The notes under the pieces were generated by a model, which saw only the letters and a program-made list of their open reading frames with translations, was not told the DNA's origin and ran no database searches. From assembly GCA_951406725.2 (NCBI GenBank), contig OX597818.1, positions 89,094,001-89,158,000 on the forward strand: a stretch of 64,000 nt of DNA. The letters are read 5' to 3'. Each line of letters starts with the position of its first letter. Within the stretch, counting starts at the first letter, position 1. This DNA is from Octopus vulgaris (lineage: Eukaryota). This document shows positions 28,876-43,383 of this stretch, piece by piece. The position numbers and the translations under genes are program-made.

Positions 28876-29379
28876 TCGACTTTTTTGACATACACACAGA
28901 CAAAAACACACACAAACACTCACATACACACGCACACGCACACACACACACGCGCACACACACACATACACACACACACATGCACAAACACACACACATA
29001 TTTATAGGCAATTGTGGCGATGGTTTGCTACCGGTGGTGTTGGTTTGGGTGATGCTAGAGGTGCTGGTGTCTTCTCCTTCTTCTTCCAATCAGGACCCAC
29101 GCCATTGGCCACAAAGAATAATCTTTAATTCGAGCCTACTCTAAGCTACTAAGAATGCATGTAGCAACTTGAAGATCCACTCACCACACGCGATAGACTA
29201 GCGGTTGCACGGGTGCGAAAGCTACGTTATCCTCATTCCGTAAACGGTGGCTTTTAAACGGGTGGAGAGCTGAACCATCCTGGGATACAGAGGATTCGCA
29301 ATCTAGACTAGGGTCTGAAAGTTTACCACACCATAGTGGGTTACACCATGGTTCCTCTGTTTTGTAGCAGAAGTAGGAA

Positions 29380-29562
29380 GAAAGAGTGAGAGAAAGTTGT
29401 AATGAAAGAGTACAGTGGGGTTCACCACTACCCCGCACCGAAGCCTCGTGGAGCTTAGGTGTTTTTGCTCAATAAACACTCATAATGACCGGTCTGGGAA
29501 TCGAAACTGCGTTCTTACGACCGCGAGTCCGGTGCGCTTACCACTGGGCCATTGCACCTCCA
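29380..29562 (-). mobile_element. SINE family D head
   Basis: Reverse complement of the 51083 head. Confidence 0.8.
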
Positions 29563-29864
29563 CGGGTGCTGGTGTTTGTTGTGGTGGTGGCGGTGGTGGT
29601 GGCGGTGGTAGTTGTGGTTATCGTTGTTAGTATAATGTGTTCCTTGCTGCTGTGTTACACCTGTTGATCTTCAGCAAACCAAGTATGAAACCGTAACCAC
29701 CTCGTCAGCTGGTATCCCATAAAACACACAGCCCAATGCATTCCTCCATATTTTAGGCTGTAGATTGACATTTTAGTAAAATAAGCGGCGATTCTAGCAT
29801 ACAGAACGATCACATACAGGTTCCCCTTTTGTGAGCCGTAGTTGTACACGTGACAACCGTTTAC

Positions 29865-29895
<31 letters not shown>

Positions 29896-31078
29896 CGTGT
29901 GAGTATGTGTGTGCGCGCATGCGTGTGTAGCTGTGTATATGTATGTGCGTGTATGTGCGTGTCTCTGTGTTATGTACTTGTTATGAGTGCTATGAGTGTG
30001 TATATGTGTGTGTGTGTGAGTATGTGTGTGTGTGAGCGTACTTCACTTATGTATGTGTATTTTGTGCGTAGTCGCATGTTGGCATTGTGTTCATGTGCAT
30101 GTGTGCATGTGTTTGTACGTATGTATACACACACACATATACATGAGAGAGAGAGAGAGTGGCAGAGAGACAGACAAACAGGCAGGCAGACAGACAGACC
30201 GACAGACCGACAGACAGACAGATGGATAGATAGATAGAAAGATAGATAGATAGATAAATAAATAGATAGATAGATAGATACATACATACATACATACATA
30301 CATACACAGTACTGTGCATGTGTGCGTATGTATTAATTTGTAAGTAATTTTATATGCTGCGTGTGTTTGAGCTATGTATAACATGTTATTTATGCACTGT
30401 ATGTATGAATGATGCGTGATATATATACATATGTGTATAAGTGTGGAGTGATTTATGCACGCACGTATGGTTTGATATATGTGTATGTGTGTGCGTACAT
30501 GCGTATGTGTTCATATGTGTTACACGTATGTGATCGTGTACGCCTACATCCACGCGGGCACAGTGAAATATTTCGTGAAACGAACGCCTGACCCCAATTA
30601 CTTACCTATTTAACCCACACTTTGCATGCAAGGTCGATAATTGTCTATAGACAAACAATCTTCTTTATAGCTTGCCTGATGCTTGGCCTATGATATATGG
30701 CCACCTCTCATAAACCATGTCCCACTGATTAAGCTTCGATACACGCAACACCAAATTCTGGAACTATTTCGGAAAAAAAAAATCATTGCTTCATTCAGTA
30801 TATATCTTTTACTGATTTATTCCTTTGCTGGTGTCAGTCATTGGACTGTAGCCAAGTAAGACCACCACTTTCGACGCTTTCAATCACATGCACACTGATA
30901 TATATTACAGTCTGGTATTTATTTTATCTTTTACCGTTTATCGGATGGCTCGGTTAACCTTTGTGTTTTCACGTCAAGTGATTCCATGAAGTACAGCTTT
31001 ACAGCGCTAAACACAAACACAAATACAAACACACACACACATACATGCACATATATATATATATATACGTATATATGA

Positions 31079-31144
<66 letters not shown>

Positions 31145-31167
31145 ATGAATATGTATATGTATATGTG

Positions 31168-31500
31168 AAGGCGCATGGCTCAGTGGTTAGGGCGCCGAGC
31201 TTACAATCGTGAAGTTGTGAGTTCGAATCCCGGACCGGGCTGTGCATTGTGTTCTTGAGCAAGACACTTTATTTCACGTTGCTCCAATTCACTCAGCTGT
31301 AGAAATGAGTTGCGATGTCACAGGTGCCAAGCTGTATCAGCCTTTGCCTTTCCCTTGGATAACAGTGGTGGCGTGGAGAGGGGAGGCTGGCATGCATGGG
31401 CAACTGCTGGTGTTCTATAAGTAACCTTGCCCGTATTTGTGCCTGGGAAGGTAACTTTCTAGGTGCAATCCCATGGTCAGTCATGACCGAAGGGGGTCTC
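31168..31500 (+). mobile_element. SINE family C
   Basis: Full head GGCGCATGGCTCAGTGGTTAG..GTTCGAATCCC; matches the 18048 copy. Confidence 0.9.
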
Positions 31501-31527
31501 AGCAGCATAAGTAGATATACCTGTATA

Positions 31528-31584
<57 letters not shown>

Positions 31585-31612
31585 GTATGTATATATATAT
31601 ATATATGTATAA

Positions 31613-31643
<31 letters not shown>

Positions 31644-33098
31644 CGTATATTTATACATGTATATATATACACCAGTATATATACACGTATACATATATGT
31701 GTCTATATACATATATTTATATACATATATTTATCTATATATATATATGTATGTGTATGTGTATATATGTATCTTTATATACATATATGCATGTAGATAA
31801 TATACGTATGTGGGGGGGGGGGTGTATGAGTGTAGATAAGTGAACTGATGAGAAATGGAATGAACCATTCTTCATTGAAAATCCGTGCAATTGTTTGGAC
31901 ACATTTTCACTCGTAATGCATTAATAAGGTGTGTAAGCATTATCGCGCATACACGGTGTGTCATACACCTCCTCAGATGATTAAGCTCTTCGTCAGAACC
32001 TGCCGTCATTTCACTCAGTCTGAGAATACATTCCCAAAGCAATGCATTTACATACGTACGTATGTATGCATGTATGTATGCATGTATGTATGCATGTCTG
32101 TATGCATGTACCCATGAATCTATGTATATGTGTGCGCATATATAAATATATAATGATGATAATAATAACAACAACAACAACAATATTCCTAAGATGGAAT
32201 TTACAAACAATTACTGCATCGTTACCGGCGTTACTATGATCTTAAATGTCATGTGATTTGTGGAAACGCGCGTAGCAATGCATTAAATGTTTATAAATTC
32301 CATCCTATGGTTAGTGTCATTATCAATATATTTATCCTACATTATATAGGTATAACTTGGTGCAATCCCGAAAAACGTGTTCACTAATCAGCGTAATTAG
32401 ACGGTGGCCGGCATAACGGAATAGAAGCTTTATTTGCATGTTCAACAATAAATAAATTTAAAAGACATATCTATCTATGTATCTATCTATATATATATAT
32501 TATATGATTGAACTTCACGCATCCATTTCCAAGTAAGTTTATCTTAATAATTTTGGTGTGACTCTACCCTGTACTGTCCTCTCTCATCCTTTCTCTAATT
32601 CTTTTTCTCCCCATCACCGTTTTCTATCTTTCTCCCCTCTTTCTCCTTTACTTTCTCTTGTTGCTGACACGTGACCAACGTCCATCTTTCTTTTTTTCTG
32701 TCAGTCTGTCGTACAGACCACAAGTATTCTTATTTGTCTCCTCTTCTATCTTTTCTCTATATTTCTCAGCATTCGATACTTTTACTTCGTCTAGCCTAAC
32801 TGCCCTCCGTGTTTGTTTTTGTTTGGTTTGTTATATGTCTCCACTGTCCTGTTTTTGTTACCAACTTTGACCCTCCGCAAATCCTAATTACTATTTTGGC
32901 TCGCAGGATCAACTGGCTTTCGAAGTCTCATATTGTCGTTCAATGCTCGAAATGAGGAGTAGATAAACATCCGACAACTGATAAAGGGTCATTCTGTATG
33001 TTACTTGTCTTGTTTTCTATTTGTTTCTCTCGTTGTTTGCATACCCAAATCTGTGTTTGTATTTCATGTCGTTTACGTTTTGTGACGTCCTTTACCCA

Positions 33099-33167
<69 letters not shown>

Positions 33168-33393
33168 GAAATATTATAACAACTAAGTCTCTCTAAAAGA
33201 GAACAGCGGCAGCGTTCCCGGAAAATAATAGTTATCGCCATACTAATATGGCATTCTTATAAAAATAAGAAAAAAGCTGTCCGCTTATTAGCTCCATGAG
33301 GCCATCGCCTTAAGTTAGCTATTTGATACACAAACTGTATCCATATAACCTTCGAACAAGGGAGGTCAGTCGCTCCACACTACTTGACCGGCA

Positions 33394-33435
33394 GCTACAG
33401 ACGCGTTTCGGGGTATTGCCCCTTTTCAATGCAGC
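33394..33435 (-). ncRNA. Type I hammerhead, U3-A8 variant (copy 1)
   Basis: GCTGCA-TTGAAAA-GGGG caata CCCC-GAAAC-GC-GTC-TGTAGC. Confidence 0.88.
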
Positions 33436-33755
33436 GTAGCCAGCCAGTAGGTGTCGCTTCCGACAATCTCTGTTCGATGGTTTTATTTACCTAGTTTCGG
33501 TGGAATACATCCACTTGTTTTCAATAATAGAAATATTATAATAACTAAGTCTCTCTAAAAGAGAACAGCGGCAGCGTTCCCGGAAAATAATAGTTATCGC
33601 CATACTAATATGGCATTCTTATAAAAATAAGAAAAAAGCTGTCCGCTTATTAGCTCCATGAGGCCATCGCCTTAAGTTAGCTATTTGATACACAAACTGT
33701 ATCCATATAACCTTCGAACAAGGGAGGTCAGTCGCTCCACACTACTTGACCGGCA

Positions 33756-33797
33756 GCTACAGACGCGTTTCGGGGTATTGCCCCTTTTCAATGCAGC
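33756..33797 (-). ncRNA. Type I hammerhead, U3-A8 variant (copy 2)
   Basis: Identical to copy 1, 362 bp away. Confidence 0.88.
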
Positions 33798-34117
33798 GTA
33801 GCCAGCCAGTAGGTGTCGCTTCCGACAATCTCTGTTCGATGGTTTTATTTACCTAGTTTCGGTGGAATACATCCACTTGTTTTCAATAATAGAAATATTA
33901 TAATAACTAAGTCTCTCTAAAAGAGAACAGCGGCAGCGTTCCCGGAAAATAATAGTTATCGCCATACTAATATGGCATTCTTATAAAAATAAGAAAAAAG
34001 CTGTCCGCTTATTAGCTCCATGAGTCCATCGCCTTAAGTTAGCTATTTGATACACAAACTGTATCCATATAACCTTCGAACAAGGGAGGTCAGTCGCTCC
34101 ACACTACTTGACCGGCA

Positions 34118-34159
34118 GCTACAGACGCGTTTCGGGGTATTGCCCCTTTTCAATGCAGC
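34118..34159 (-). ncRNA. Type I hammerhead, U3-A8 variant (copy 3)
   Basis: Identical to copy 1. Confidence 0.88.
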
Positions 34160-34502
34160 GTAGCCAGCCAGTAGGTGTCGCTTCCGACAATCTCTGTTCG
34201 ATGGTTTTATTTACTAGCTTCGGTGGAATACATCCACTTGTTTTCAATAATAGAAATATTATAATAACTAAAACCATCGAACAGAGATTGTCGGAAGCGA
34301 CACCTACTGGCTGGCTAAGAATGCCATATTAGTATGGCGATAACTATTATTTTCCGGGAACGCTGCCGCTGTTCTCTTTTAGAGAGACTTAGTTATTATA
34401 ATATTTCTATTATTGAAAACAAGTGGATGTATTCCACCGAAACTAGGTAAATAAAACCTTCGAACAGAGATTGTCAGAAGCGACACCTACTGGTCTGGCT
34501 AC

Positions 34503-34544
34503 GCTGCATTGAAAAGGGGCAATACCCCGAAACGCGTCTGTAGC
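34503..34544 (+). ncRNA. Type I hammerhead, U3-A8 variant (inverted copy)
   Basis: Read directly on +: gctgca ttgaaaa gggg caata cccc gaaac gc gtc tgtagc. Confidence 0.88.
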
Positions 34545-34728
34545 TGCCGGTCAAGTAGTGTGGAGCGACTGACCTCCCTTGTTCGAAGGTTATATGGATA
34601 CAGTTTGTGTATCAAATAGCTAACTTAAGGCGATGGCCTCATGGAGCTAATAAGCGAACAGCTTTTTTCTTATTTTTATAAGAATGCCATATTAGTATGG
34701 CGATAATATATATATATATATATTTATA

Positions 34729-34792
<64 letters not shown>

Positions 34793-34849
34793 GTGTGTGT
34801 GTATACATACATACATACAGATATATGTATGTATATATACATATATTTC

Positions 34850-35406
34850 CCTCCTCTTTCACTTCACTCTCTCCCTTTTTCTCGTCTCTCCCTAATTCTT
34901 CTGTTCCTCTGCCTGTATCTCTCTTCTCTCTCTCCATGTAACCAGTGTTCGGCCAAGCCTGAACTTTCATTCTTGGTTCGACTTCCATCCGTGCAACATC
35001 TGTATTCCTCCCCATGCCTGTCATTCTGTTAGGTCCCTGCCGTAAGGCTTCACTTTCACACACGTCCTTAGTCGCAAGACACCTGTTGTTATGTCCTGTA
35101 TTTTTGCATTTGTATTTGTGTACTATTTGTCCGTTTTTTTTCTTCGTCCTTGCTTCCGTGTACATTCGCTGCTTTCTTCCAAGGAAGTTTTTTCTTGGGG
35201 CTGGCCAGATTGTAGCAATCTCGAGTGTAATCAGCCGAAATTGCAAAGATAATCTGGAACTCGACTGAGCACAGAAAACTTCGAATGACCCGTCCGTGTT
35301 TTTTCTTGTTCCTCTTTTGTATAATCTGTCTGGATGTTTTGTTGTCCCTTTTTTGTATCATCTAGCTATCTGGATGTTTTGCGTTATTGTCCCATTTTTT
35401 GTATTC

Positions 35407-35410
<4 letters not shown>
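34850..35410 (+). mobile_element. TA-flanked non-coding repeat with conserved structured core (homologue ~59697-60062)
   Basis: TACATTCG..GCTTTCTTCCAAGGAA...GGCTG.CCAGAT...GCAATCTC...AATCAGCCGAAATTGC...CCCGTCCGTGTTTTT is shared by both copies. Confidence 0.7.
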
Positions 35411-35484
<74 letters not shown>

Positions 35485-35660
35485 AGAATTCACGAGAAAA
35501 ACACGAGACGAAGACAGGTGGTATAGAAAACAAACAAATGTATTAGTATAATGCTCGGGAATTGAAAAAGTCTTTTACGTTTAGAGCCTACACTCTTCCA
35601 CAGAAAGAAACGCAGAAAGAAACAAGGAGTGAAAAAAATGTGTGTAGTGGCTACCGATCT

Positions 35661-35729
<69 letters not shown>

Positions 35730-36367
35730 TGCAAGTGCACATGTTTATGAATGAGCTACCAAAGTAGCCCAGTTGTCTCTTACATCGACTCCTTCTATCT
35801 TCCTAAATATCAAACACGAAGAAGCGAAATCGGCTCTTGTTTTATATATTCTAATTTACACTTCCCATATTTTCGTATTTCGTATGATAAAACGATGGAG
35901 TAAAACTCAACTATTTTTAAGTGAGATTTAAACTAAATAACGGAGGATTTATCTTCCATTGAAAAAAAAATGACCCAATATTTTAGTACTTCAGCGTCTT
36001 GTTCTCCATACCACAACTTTACACGCCACAGCCCCTCGACATTGGCAATATCCTCAACCAATAATAAGACAAACAAAAGAAATGAAAGCCACATACGGAC
36101 GACTATATCAAGAAGCTGTATTTAACTACAACAATAACAGATATAAAGGAAATTAGAGAGAAAATAACATAAAAATAACTGAAAGCAACAAGAACAACAA
36201 AAGAGGAACTATGTACTAATATGGCCGCTTTTTAATGATGGCCTCAAGCAAAGTTCATCCGGGTACGTTAAGTGTCGGATGTCACGTGATTATCACATTT
36301 TTTTACCACCAGCTCCTGTCAAATACTTTCCTATTTTTACTGTATATTTTCTCCCTTTTCTCAATCA

Positions 36368-36409
<42 letters not shown>

Positions 36410-36585
36410 GGCGCGCGCGCAAGCACACGCACATTCACTTCGTCTCTCACACGCACTCGTTAAATGATCCCTCCCCCCTTTCTCTCTCTCTAGCTCGTTT
36501 AGATTTTCCCTTCTCTCTCCTTCTTTCCGTTTCTCTCTATTTCTCCCTCTTTGTTTCTCTCTCTCCCTCTTTCTGTCTGTATGTT

Positions 36586-36641
<56 letters not shown>

Positions 36642-36834
36642 CCTACTCATTCACATTTAAGCATTTGTTTACCTGCCTCTGCTTCCGTCTATTTCCCTTA
36701 CACCTCACGAATAATATGCGTGCTTGTATGTGTTTATGCAGGTCCATGTAAATATATATGAATATCTCTATGCGTGTTTTTAAGTTTAAAGAAACATATA
36801 CGAGTGCATGCAAAATGGTTTCGTCGCTCTAACT

Positions 36835-38870
36835 TCATCTCGAACAGGTTGGCCCCGTTTTTCTCGAGCCATGCCTGTAGAGCTTAACCCGAACGGGTAG
36901 CTCTTCTCGATAGCATTGCCAGTCCAGGGATCTCTGGAAGTTGTCCATAGCTCCCAGCCCAAAGGTCATCTTGAACAGGTTCGCCCGGAGATCGTTGTCG
37001 TACTTCCCCTCCACTAATCCACTATAGAATGCTTTGGTTGTGTTGAAGTCGCTCAAGGCCGACCCGGTACGGGATAGTTGCTTGAGAGCAACGCGACACT
37101 CGCGGTGCCATTCGCCCTTCTTCGGCCTCTTTTTGATCAACGACTGCAGTTCGGTCATGGACACGAGCTGTAGTAAAGCGCGCCTCACAAACGACGAATA
37201 CACCTGTTCACCGTCGTCTACGTAGAGCCGGAGATGTTGCAGTCTCAGCGCGTGTCTGTGCATCATCAACCACGGCATGCTCAGCCCTCCTTTTAACGGG
37301 GGTTGGCAGCAAACGGATCACCTGACCATCGGAACGCATCCTTTCCACAAGAAGCAGAAGAGAATGCGTTAGGAACAGATTCCTCTCGGCTCATTGCCGG
37401 GCGAGAGTGACCACCCTACTCGTTATCTCGTTCCAGTTCTTCTCCGTTTGGAGTTCCGGACCAAACCAGACCCCGAGCGACTCGATCATTCCTCATTGCT
37501 TTCGTCTTCTGACGAAATTTCTAGAGGAATCGGAAGGGGGTAGGGACATGTTGTAAGCTTCTATGTATGTTTGTGTAAGTGGTTGTGTTGTTGTTTTCGT
37601 TGATGTTGGTTGTTGACTGTTTGTGTGTGGTGTATGTGATGTAGGAGAAAGGGAATCAGTTTCTGTATTGGCTTTCGGTTTTTCTGTTTCTTTAGTTTTT
37701 GCTGTTGTTGGTGGTGTTTTTCCAGGTGCTGTATGTTCATTTGTTGGTGTTGGTGTGTTTGGTTGTTGTGTTTCTTTTGTCGTACTCCCTTTGATTGTCT
37801 TCTGTGTTGATGGTGGTGTGGGTAGTAAGGGTTCTTTTACCTTTCATTTTTTCCTTATTGTGGTTGTTGTTCTTGTTCTTGTTTTTGTTGTTTCTTTGCT
37901 GTTGGGCAATCAGTTTTTAGGTGCTCTTCGTTGCCACAGTAACAGCTATGCCTTCTACCTTCTACCACCACGTATAGGTTATGGCCGTCTGACAGCTCAA
38001 TTTGGTGTGGGATGCTATTGATTGAGTCCTTATTTATTTGCATCAGCAAGTGAATAATTTTTCCCGACCAATTTTGTTGCTCTAAGGTAGCAATCTCCAG
38101 GATGTTTAGGTTCTCCTCCATGATGTAACAAATGGCAGACAACAGCCATTGTGACTCTACTTCCGGAGGAACATTTTTGATTGAGATTTTGGTCATACGT
38201 TGACCAAGGTACGTTGAATCAAAATTAGTTTCTCAGACTGTAGGGTGAGTGTTGAGAGTTCTCTTGCTTTTCTTCGCTGTTGAAGCAAACTTATATTGTC
38301 GCATATCTCTTCCACCAGTTCACGTAATTCTTATGTGCCCACATCGGACGCAAACATTTTTCTATCAGTTCCTGTGGTCGGTCTGCGTGTTTTCACGTTA
38401 ATGATTTTATACGCGATTGTTCTCTTTTGTGTGGTGTCTATGATATTTTGCGGATGTTGCGGGATGTTGTGGGATATCTATGATATTTTGTGGGATTTAA
38501 GCCTTCTTGAGTTAAGAGGGATTTTATTTGTTTTATTTGTTTTGTTGTGAAGTGTAGTATGATCTTTTTTTTTTGTTTTAAGGCTTCTGCAAAATATTTG
38601 TTTTTGTTGTTGTTGTCACTTGTGGTGGTGGTGGTGGTGGTATCGGTAGCAGAGAAGGTAGTTGTAGCAGCAGAAGTTGTAGTAATGGTGTTGGTGTTGA
38701 CGGCAGAGTTGATGTCTTTGGTGGCGGTGATGGTGGGTGGCCTTGCGGCATTAGTTTTGTTGTTGGTGGTGGTGGTGACAGCGGTGTTCAAGCTGTCAGG
38801 TTCAGCGCCTCGCTAGAGTTCCGCATGACTTGCGCACTGGCCACATAGTTTCCAGTCGCCATTTTCGAAA
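36835..38870 (-). pseudogene. Degraded Tx1/L1-clade LINE (ORF1 plus ORF2 remnant)
   Basis: ORF1-like TKISIKNVPPEV (RRM-like) and CYCGNEEHLKTDC zinc knuckle (37855-38196), with a T-rich low-complexity N-terminus. ORF2 C-terminal GGLSMPWL..HALRL and LPVRVKLYRHG. Most of EN/RT is deleted. Confidence 0.85.
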
Positions 38871-39120
38871 TGAAAAATGGCTAAAATGAATTCACGAAAG
38901 CCTGCAAAATTTTGGAAATTTGGTCCACACAGGGGCGAAATTCTATGTAAAGATATTTGACAACAAAGACTTTTAAACACGTAAAAATGGCCAACTTACG
39001 TGGAGCCTATTTGACTCGCGTCCGTCCAGCAGAGGTTGATAGATGGACAGACAGACAGACAGACAAACAGACAAACAGACAGACAGACAGACTGACAGAC
39101 AGACTGACAGACAGACAGAC

Positions 39121-39207
<87 letters not shown>

Positions 39208-39269
39208 TAGATATGTAGATTCATATAGTGTGTTTGAGTGTATGTGTGTGTGTGTGTATGTATGTGTTT

Positions 39270-39475
39270 TGTACCCTACCACCGCTTGAGAACCAGTGTT
39301 GGTGTGTTTACGTTCCCGTAACTTAGGAGTTCGGCAAAAGAGACCCCAATAAAATAAGTAACAGACTCAAAACAATAAAAAAGTTGCACTGGGGTCGAGT
39401 CGTTCGACTAAAACTCGTGTAGGCGGTGCCCCAGCATGACCACACTTCTAACGACTGAGAATAGTTTAAGAATAA
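39270..39475 (+). mobile_element. SINE family A 3' half
   Basis: CGCTTGAGAACCAGTGTTGGTGTGTTTACG..TTCGGCAAAAGAGACC. Confidence 0.75.
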
Positions 39476-39848
39476 GAGATGAAATATAACAAATCACAAT
39501 GTACCATTTACTACTACACTTCCTCTACGCAGCCGCACCAACAAACATTACTAACAGCACAACTCAAAGCACACTACAGCACCAGCACAACCAGTTTTTA
39601 ACGAGAACAACGAAACTGTATTTTAGGTGTCTTAAAAACTAATGCAGCAATTTATGATGGCTTGCTGCTTTAAGAGGTGTTTGATCTTTTAGTAGGCCTC
39701 CGGCTATTTGAACTCCGGGCCTGTTTACATAATTGACGATCGTGTAATACATATCCTGTTATAGCTACATACATGGTTGCATATTTTGTGTTTTATACAT
39801 GGATATCACAGAAACTTACGCACATATATGCGTATGTGTATAAATATC

Positions 39849-39931
<83 letters not shown>

Positions 39932-40059
39932 GTATGTAGGTATGTATGTATGTATGCATATATGCATATACGTATATATATACATATATGTATGTGCATA
40001 TATGTATATATATGCATATATGTGCATATATATATGTATGTACACACACATACATACAT

Positions 40060-40111
<52 letters not shown>

Positions 40112-41589
40112 CACACACTCACACATATTGACATACACGCACGCTGAGGGAGAGAGAAACGACCAGATAAATGTATATTTATATACAGATACAGACAGGC
40201 ACACGCAAACATTCATAGACGCACACAGCTATACAGTCATGCACAAACACACGTTTTATTAATTAAATTTGATCGCGTAGCCGTAAGCTATAATAGAAGT
40301 TAGATTTAAAATATCTTACGACTAATGTACGAAGATACACACACACATACATACATACATACAATCAAAAACATTTGTATTCATACACACATACACACAT
40401 ACATATATCTTCGTGTGTGTGAGTGCGTGTGTGTATGTGTGTGTGTGTTTATGCTTGTCTGTATGTGTGTGTGTGTGTGTGTGCATGCTCCTCTACGTGT
40501 GTGAGTGTGAGTGTACACAACGTTTCAGAAAATATATTAAATTTCCTGGACAGGAAGCCAAGTACTAGTTTCAAATCCAGAAGTATAGAAGACACTTGGG
40601 GCCTTTGTAAGGTCACAAAACCTGTACATAATGAAGAAATCTTAAGTCAGGAAATACATATTGTTGTTTTTCTAAATACATTATGGAAGAGGCGATATTT
40701 CCTTCTTTTGGATAGAGCGCATTATCTCCCTTGCCATCTTCACTTTGTCTGTGTCGCATACATAACACATATGCACAAGTGTATTGTTACACACCAACAT
40801 GCACTTATTACTGCTGCAACTCATAAAGCAATGGAGAAAGAGAGAGCGAGTGAATGCAAAACAGAAAAGAGAGGAGAGGAGTGAATAATTCATTTTAAAA
40901 AATTAAAAATTCCGGAAGAGTTCGCAATAAAAAACGGAAACATTAGAAAACTGTGCGTAATTAAAAATAAAATGTTTAAAAAAAATATGTGTAATTAAAT
41001 AGGCAAAAATTATAAGATATAAAAACCATGTTGAAACAAAAGAATACTTAGCAAACTAGCTTACGACGGTAAAAATTATATCTTATACCTGAATGAAAGA
41101 CTGTCGAAATGAAGTGTGACTATTGTCTAAGTATGACGTTTCCCTCGTGTGTGCGCAAGTTGAATAGCTCTGTTTTGGTATTAAGATATAAATCAGAAAG
41201 CTTATATAATTCAGAAATTCTTAAGACTTGTGTTCTTTTCTATAGAGTGGATGCGTATCTTGGTAGCATTTATATATTTTACATTTATCGGAGATCTTCA
41301 AACTGACAACAAACGCTTTGTATATGTTTAACACAGACACACATACACACACGCACACACACACGCATACACACATACATACATACACGCACAAACTCAG
41401 ACATACACACATATGTATAGCAAGAGAGAGGAGGAGGGAGATAGAAAAAAATCATGTCAAATATCGTACAACATAAATTCTTGATTTATTAATATTATCT
41501 CTGCTTTCGAGGATGTGTCAATTATCAAATGACAATTAAGATCAGTGCCATTTATAAAGGTTGTGTGTGTGTGTACACTATCATATATA

Positions 41590-41642
<53 letters not shown>

Positions 41643-42863
41643 TGTTACATATATTGTATATGTGCACTCTTATACACACAAATACATACATATACATATT
41701 ATGTGTGTGTGTGTGTGTGTGTAGTACCTGATTTTAATTGAGTTATGGAAACATAAATTTTCTATAATGGTTTGTATAGTATTTACTGCTTGGTTGGCCG
41801 TATATAAGTATGTATGTACAATTAAGATGTCTAGAATAATGATGGAGTATCAAAAGTACTAGAATCTAGTTCTAATGTAAATGAAATAGACTGAATTATT
41901 AACTAGGAAAGATTAACAGAAGAAATTGTGTACAAACAGAAGTTATAGTTTAATAAATGTTAGATTATGCTGTAATTTCTTCGCAGAATCAGCGACATTA
42001 CAAACAGAAATGAAAATTATACCACCACCATCTATTGTATCTTCATAGATTATTTTGTAATTTAATCGTGACATTCAGCAATGAAAGTACTTAAAATGAT
42101 TAAGTGTTTAATAAAGAAATTATTTAGACTCTTAGATATGTCAATGATATCCTTCCATACTTATGACTAATGACAGCAAATCGATAGAATACATATTTGT
42201 CATGTTGATATATATTTTTTTTTTCGGCAAACGATATACGCACGCACACACAAACACAAACCCATGCACATTCGTAAACACACCAACACAAACGCATACA
42301 CGCGTCAAATTTCGTAACTACATTCCAAATTTATTTAATCTTAACACTTGTTATATAATCATTTATGATGTATATTGTTTTGGAACAGAAACTCTAAATC
42401 ATTTTTAGTACTTACCATTCAGGTAAAATACTTGAGAGAGAGGTTATCGAGAATATATCAACCCGTGATGTATTTACCATGCGATAAAATTGCCAGGTGA
42501 TATATTTACCGCGATGTAATTACCAGGGTTGAATTAACATACGACCATTCTATCTCTGTGCAATGTTTGATTTATGCTTGCTCGCACAAGAGATAATGCG
42601 ATGAAAGATAAGAAGTGATTTCGACTGACTTATGTGACTACGTTGGTCTCAGTAACTGTAGGGAATATTGTTTTGTTTTTACGCATACGCTACATATCGT
42701 TTCCGTGGGAGAAGCAGTTCTTGTCGCAAACATTTAACACGTGACATTGCCTCACATCCTGGTGGTTGTTTGTATGTGTAGTGGACCTATCATTCATCTA
42801 CTGGAAATTTATAACCACCATGTCTATTGATGCAAGATTAAATTATATGTGTGTGTGTTCATG

Positions 42864-42897
<34 letters not shown>

Positions 42898-43169
42898 TGT
42901 ATGTATGTATGTATGTATGTATGTATGCATGCATGCATGTATGTCATTATTCAGTTTTATTTGAAGATTTCATACCGATACAGAAAGAGCCGTTTTCTAA
43001 CTTAGATCCAAGGCTCCTGCATTGGAATTTCAACAACAACAACAACAACAACAACAGGATATTCTTATATGTAAATATATGTGCAAATTTGTATGTTTTA
43101 TTTTATGTATGTATTCTCATGCATAAATTTGCATGTCTAAACATACTTTTATGTGCTTAAATGATAAAC

Positions 43170-43331
43170 TTGGCTGTGTGGTAAGTAGCTTGCTAACCAA
43201 CCACATGGTTCCGGGTTCAGTCCCACTGCGTGGCATCTTGGGCAAGTGTCTTCTGCTATAGCCCCGGGCCGACCAATGCCTTGTGAGTGGATTTGGTAGA
43301 CGGAAACTGAAAGAAGCCTGTCGTATATATG

Positions 43332-43383
<52 letters not shown>

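Larger units (their letters stand above)
33164..34704. mobile_element. Retrozyme-like array: three tandem 362-bp units plus inverted copy, within (TA)n
   Basis: Units start at 33164, 33526, 33888 and 34249 (partial). Inverted sequence 34270-34704. One hammerhead per unit. Confidence 0.92.

Noticed and set aside
33164-34270. CRISPR-like array
   Set aside because: The units are entirely identical with no unique spacers, and there are no cas genes. The context is eukaryotic.
38438-38791. Thr-rich mucin-like ORF as a host gene
   Set aside because: It is collinear with and upstream of the LINE ORF1 relic, so it is better explained as the low-complexity N-terminus of ORF1.
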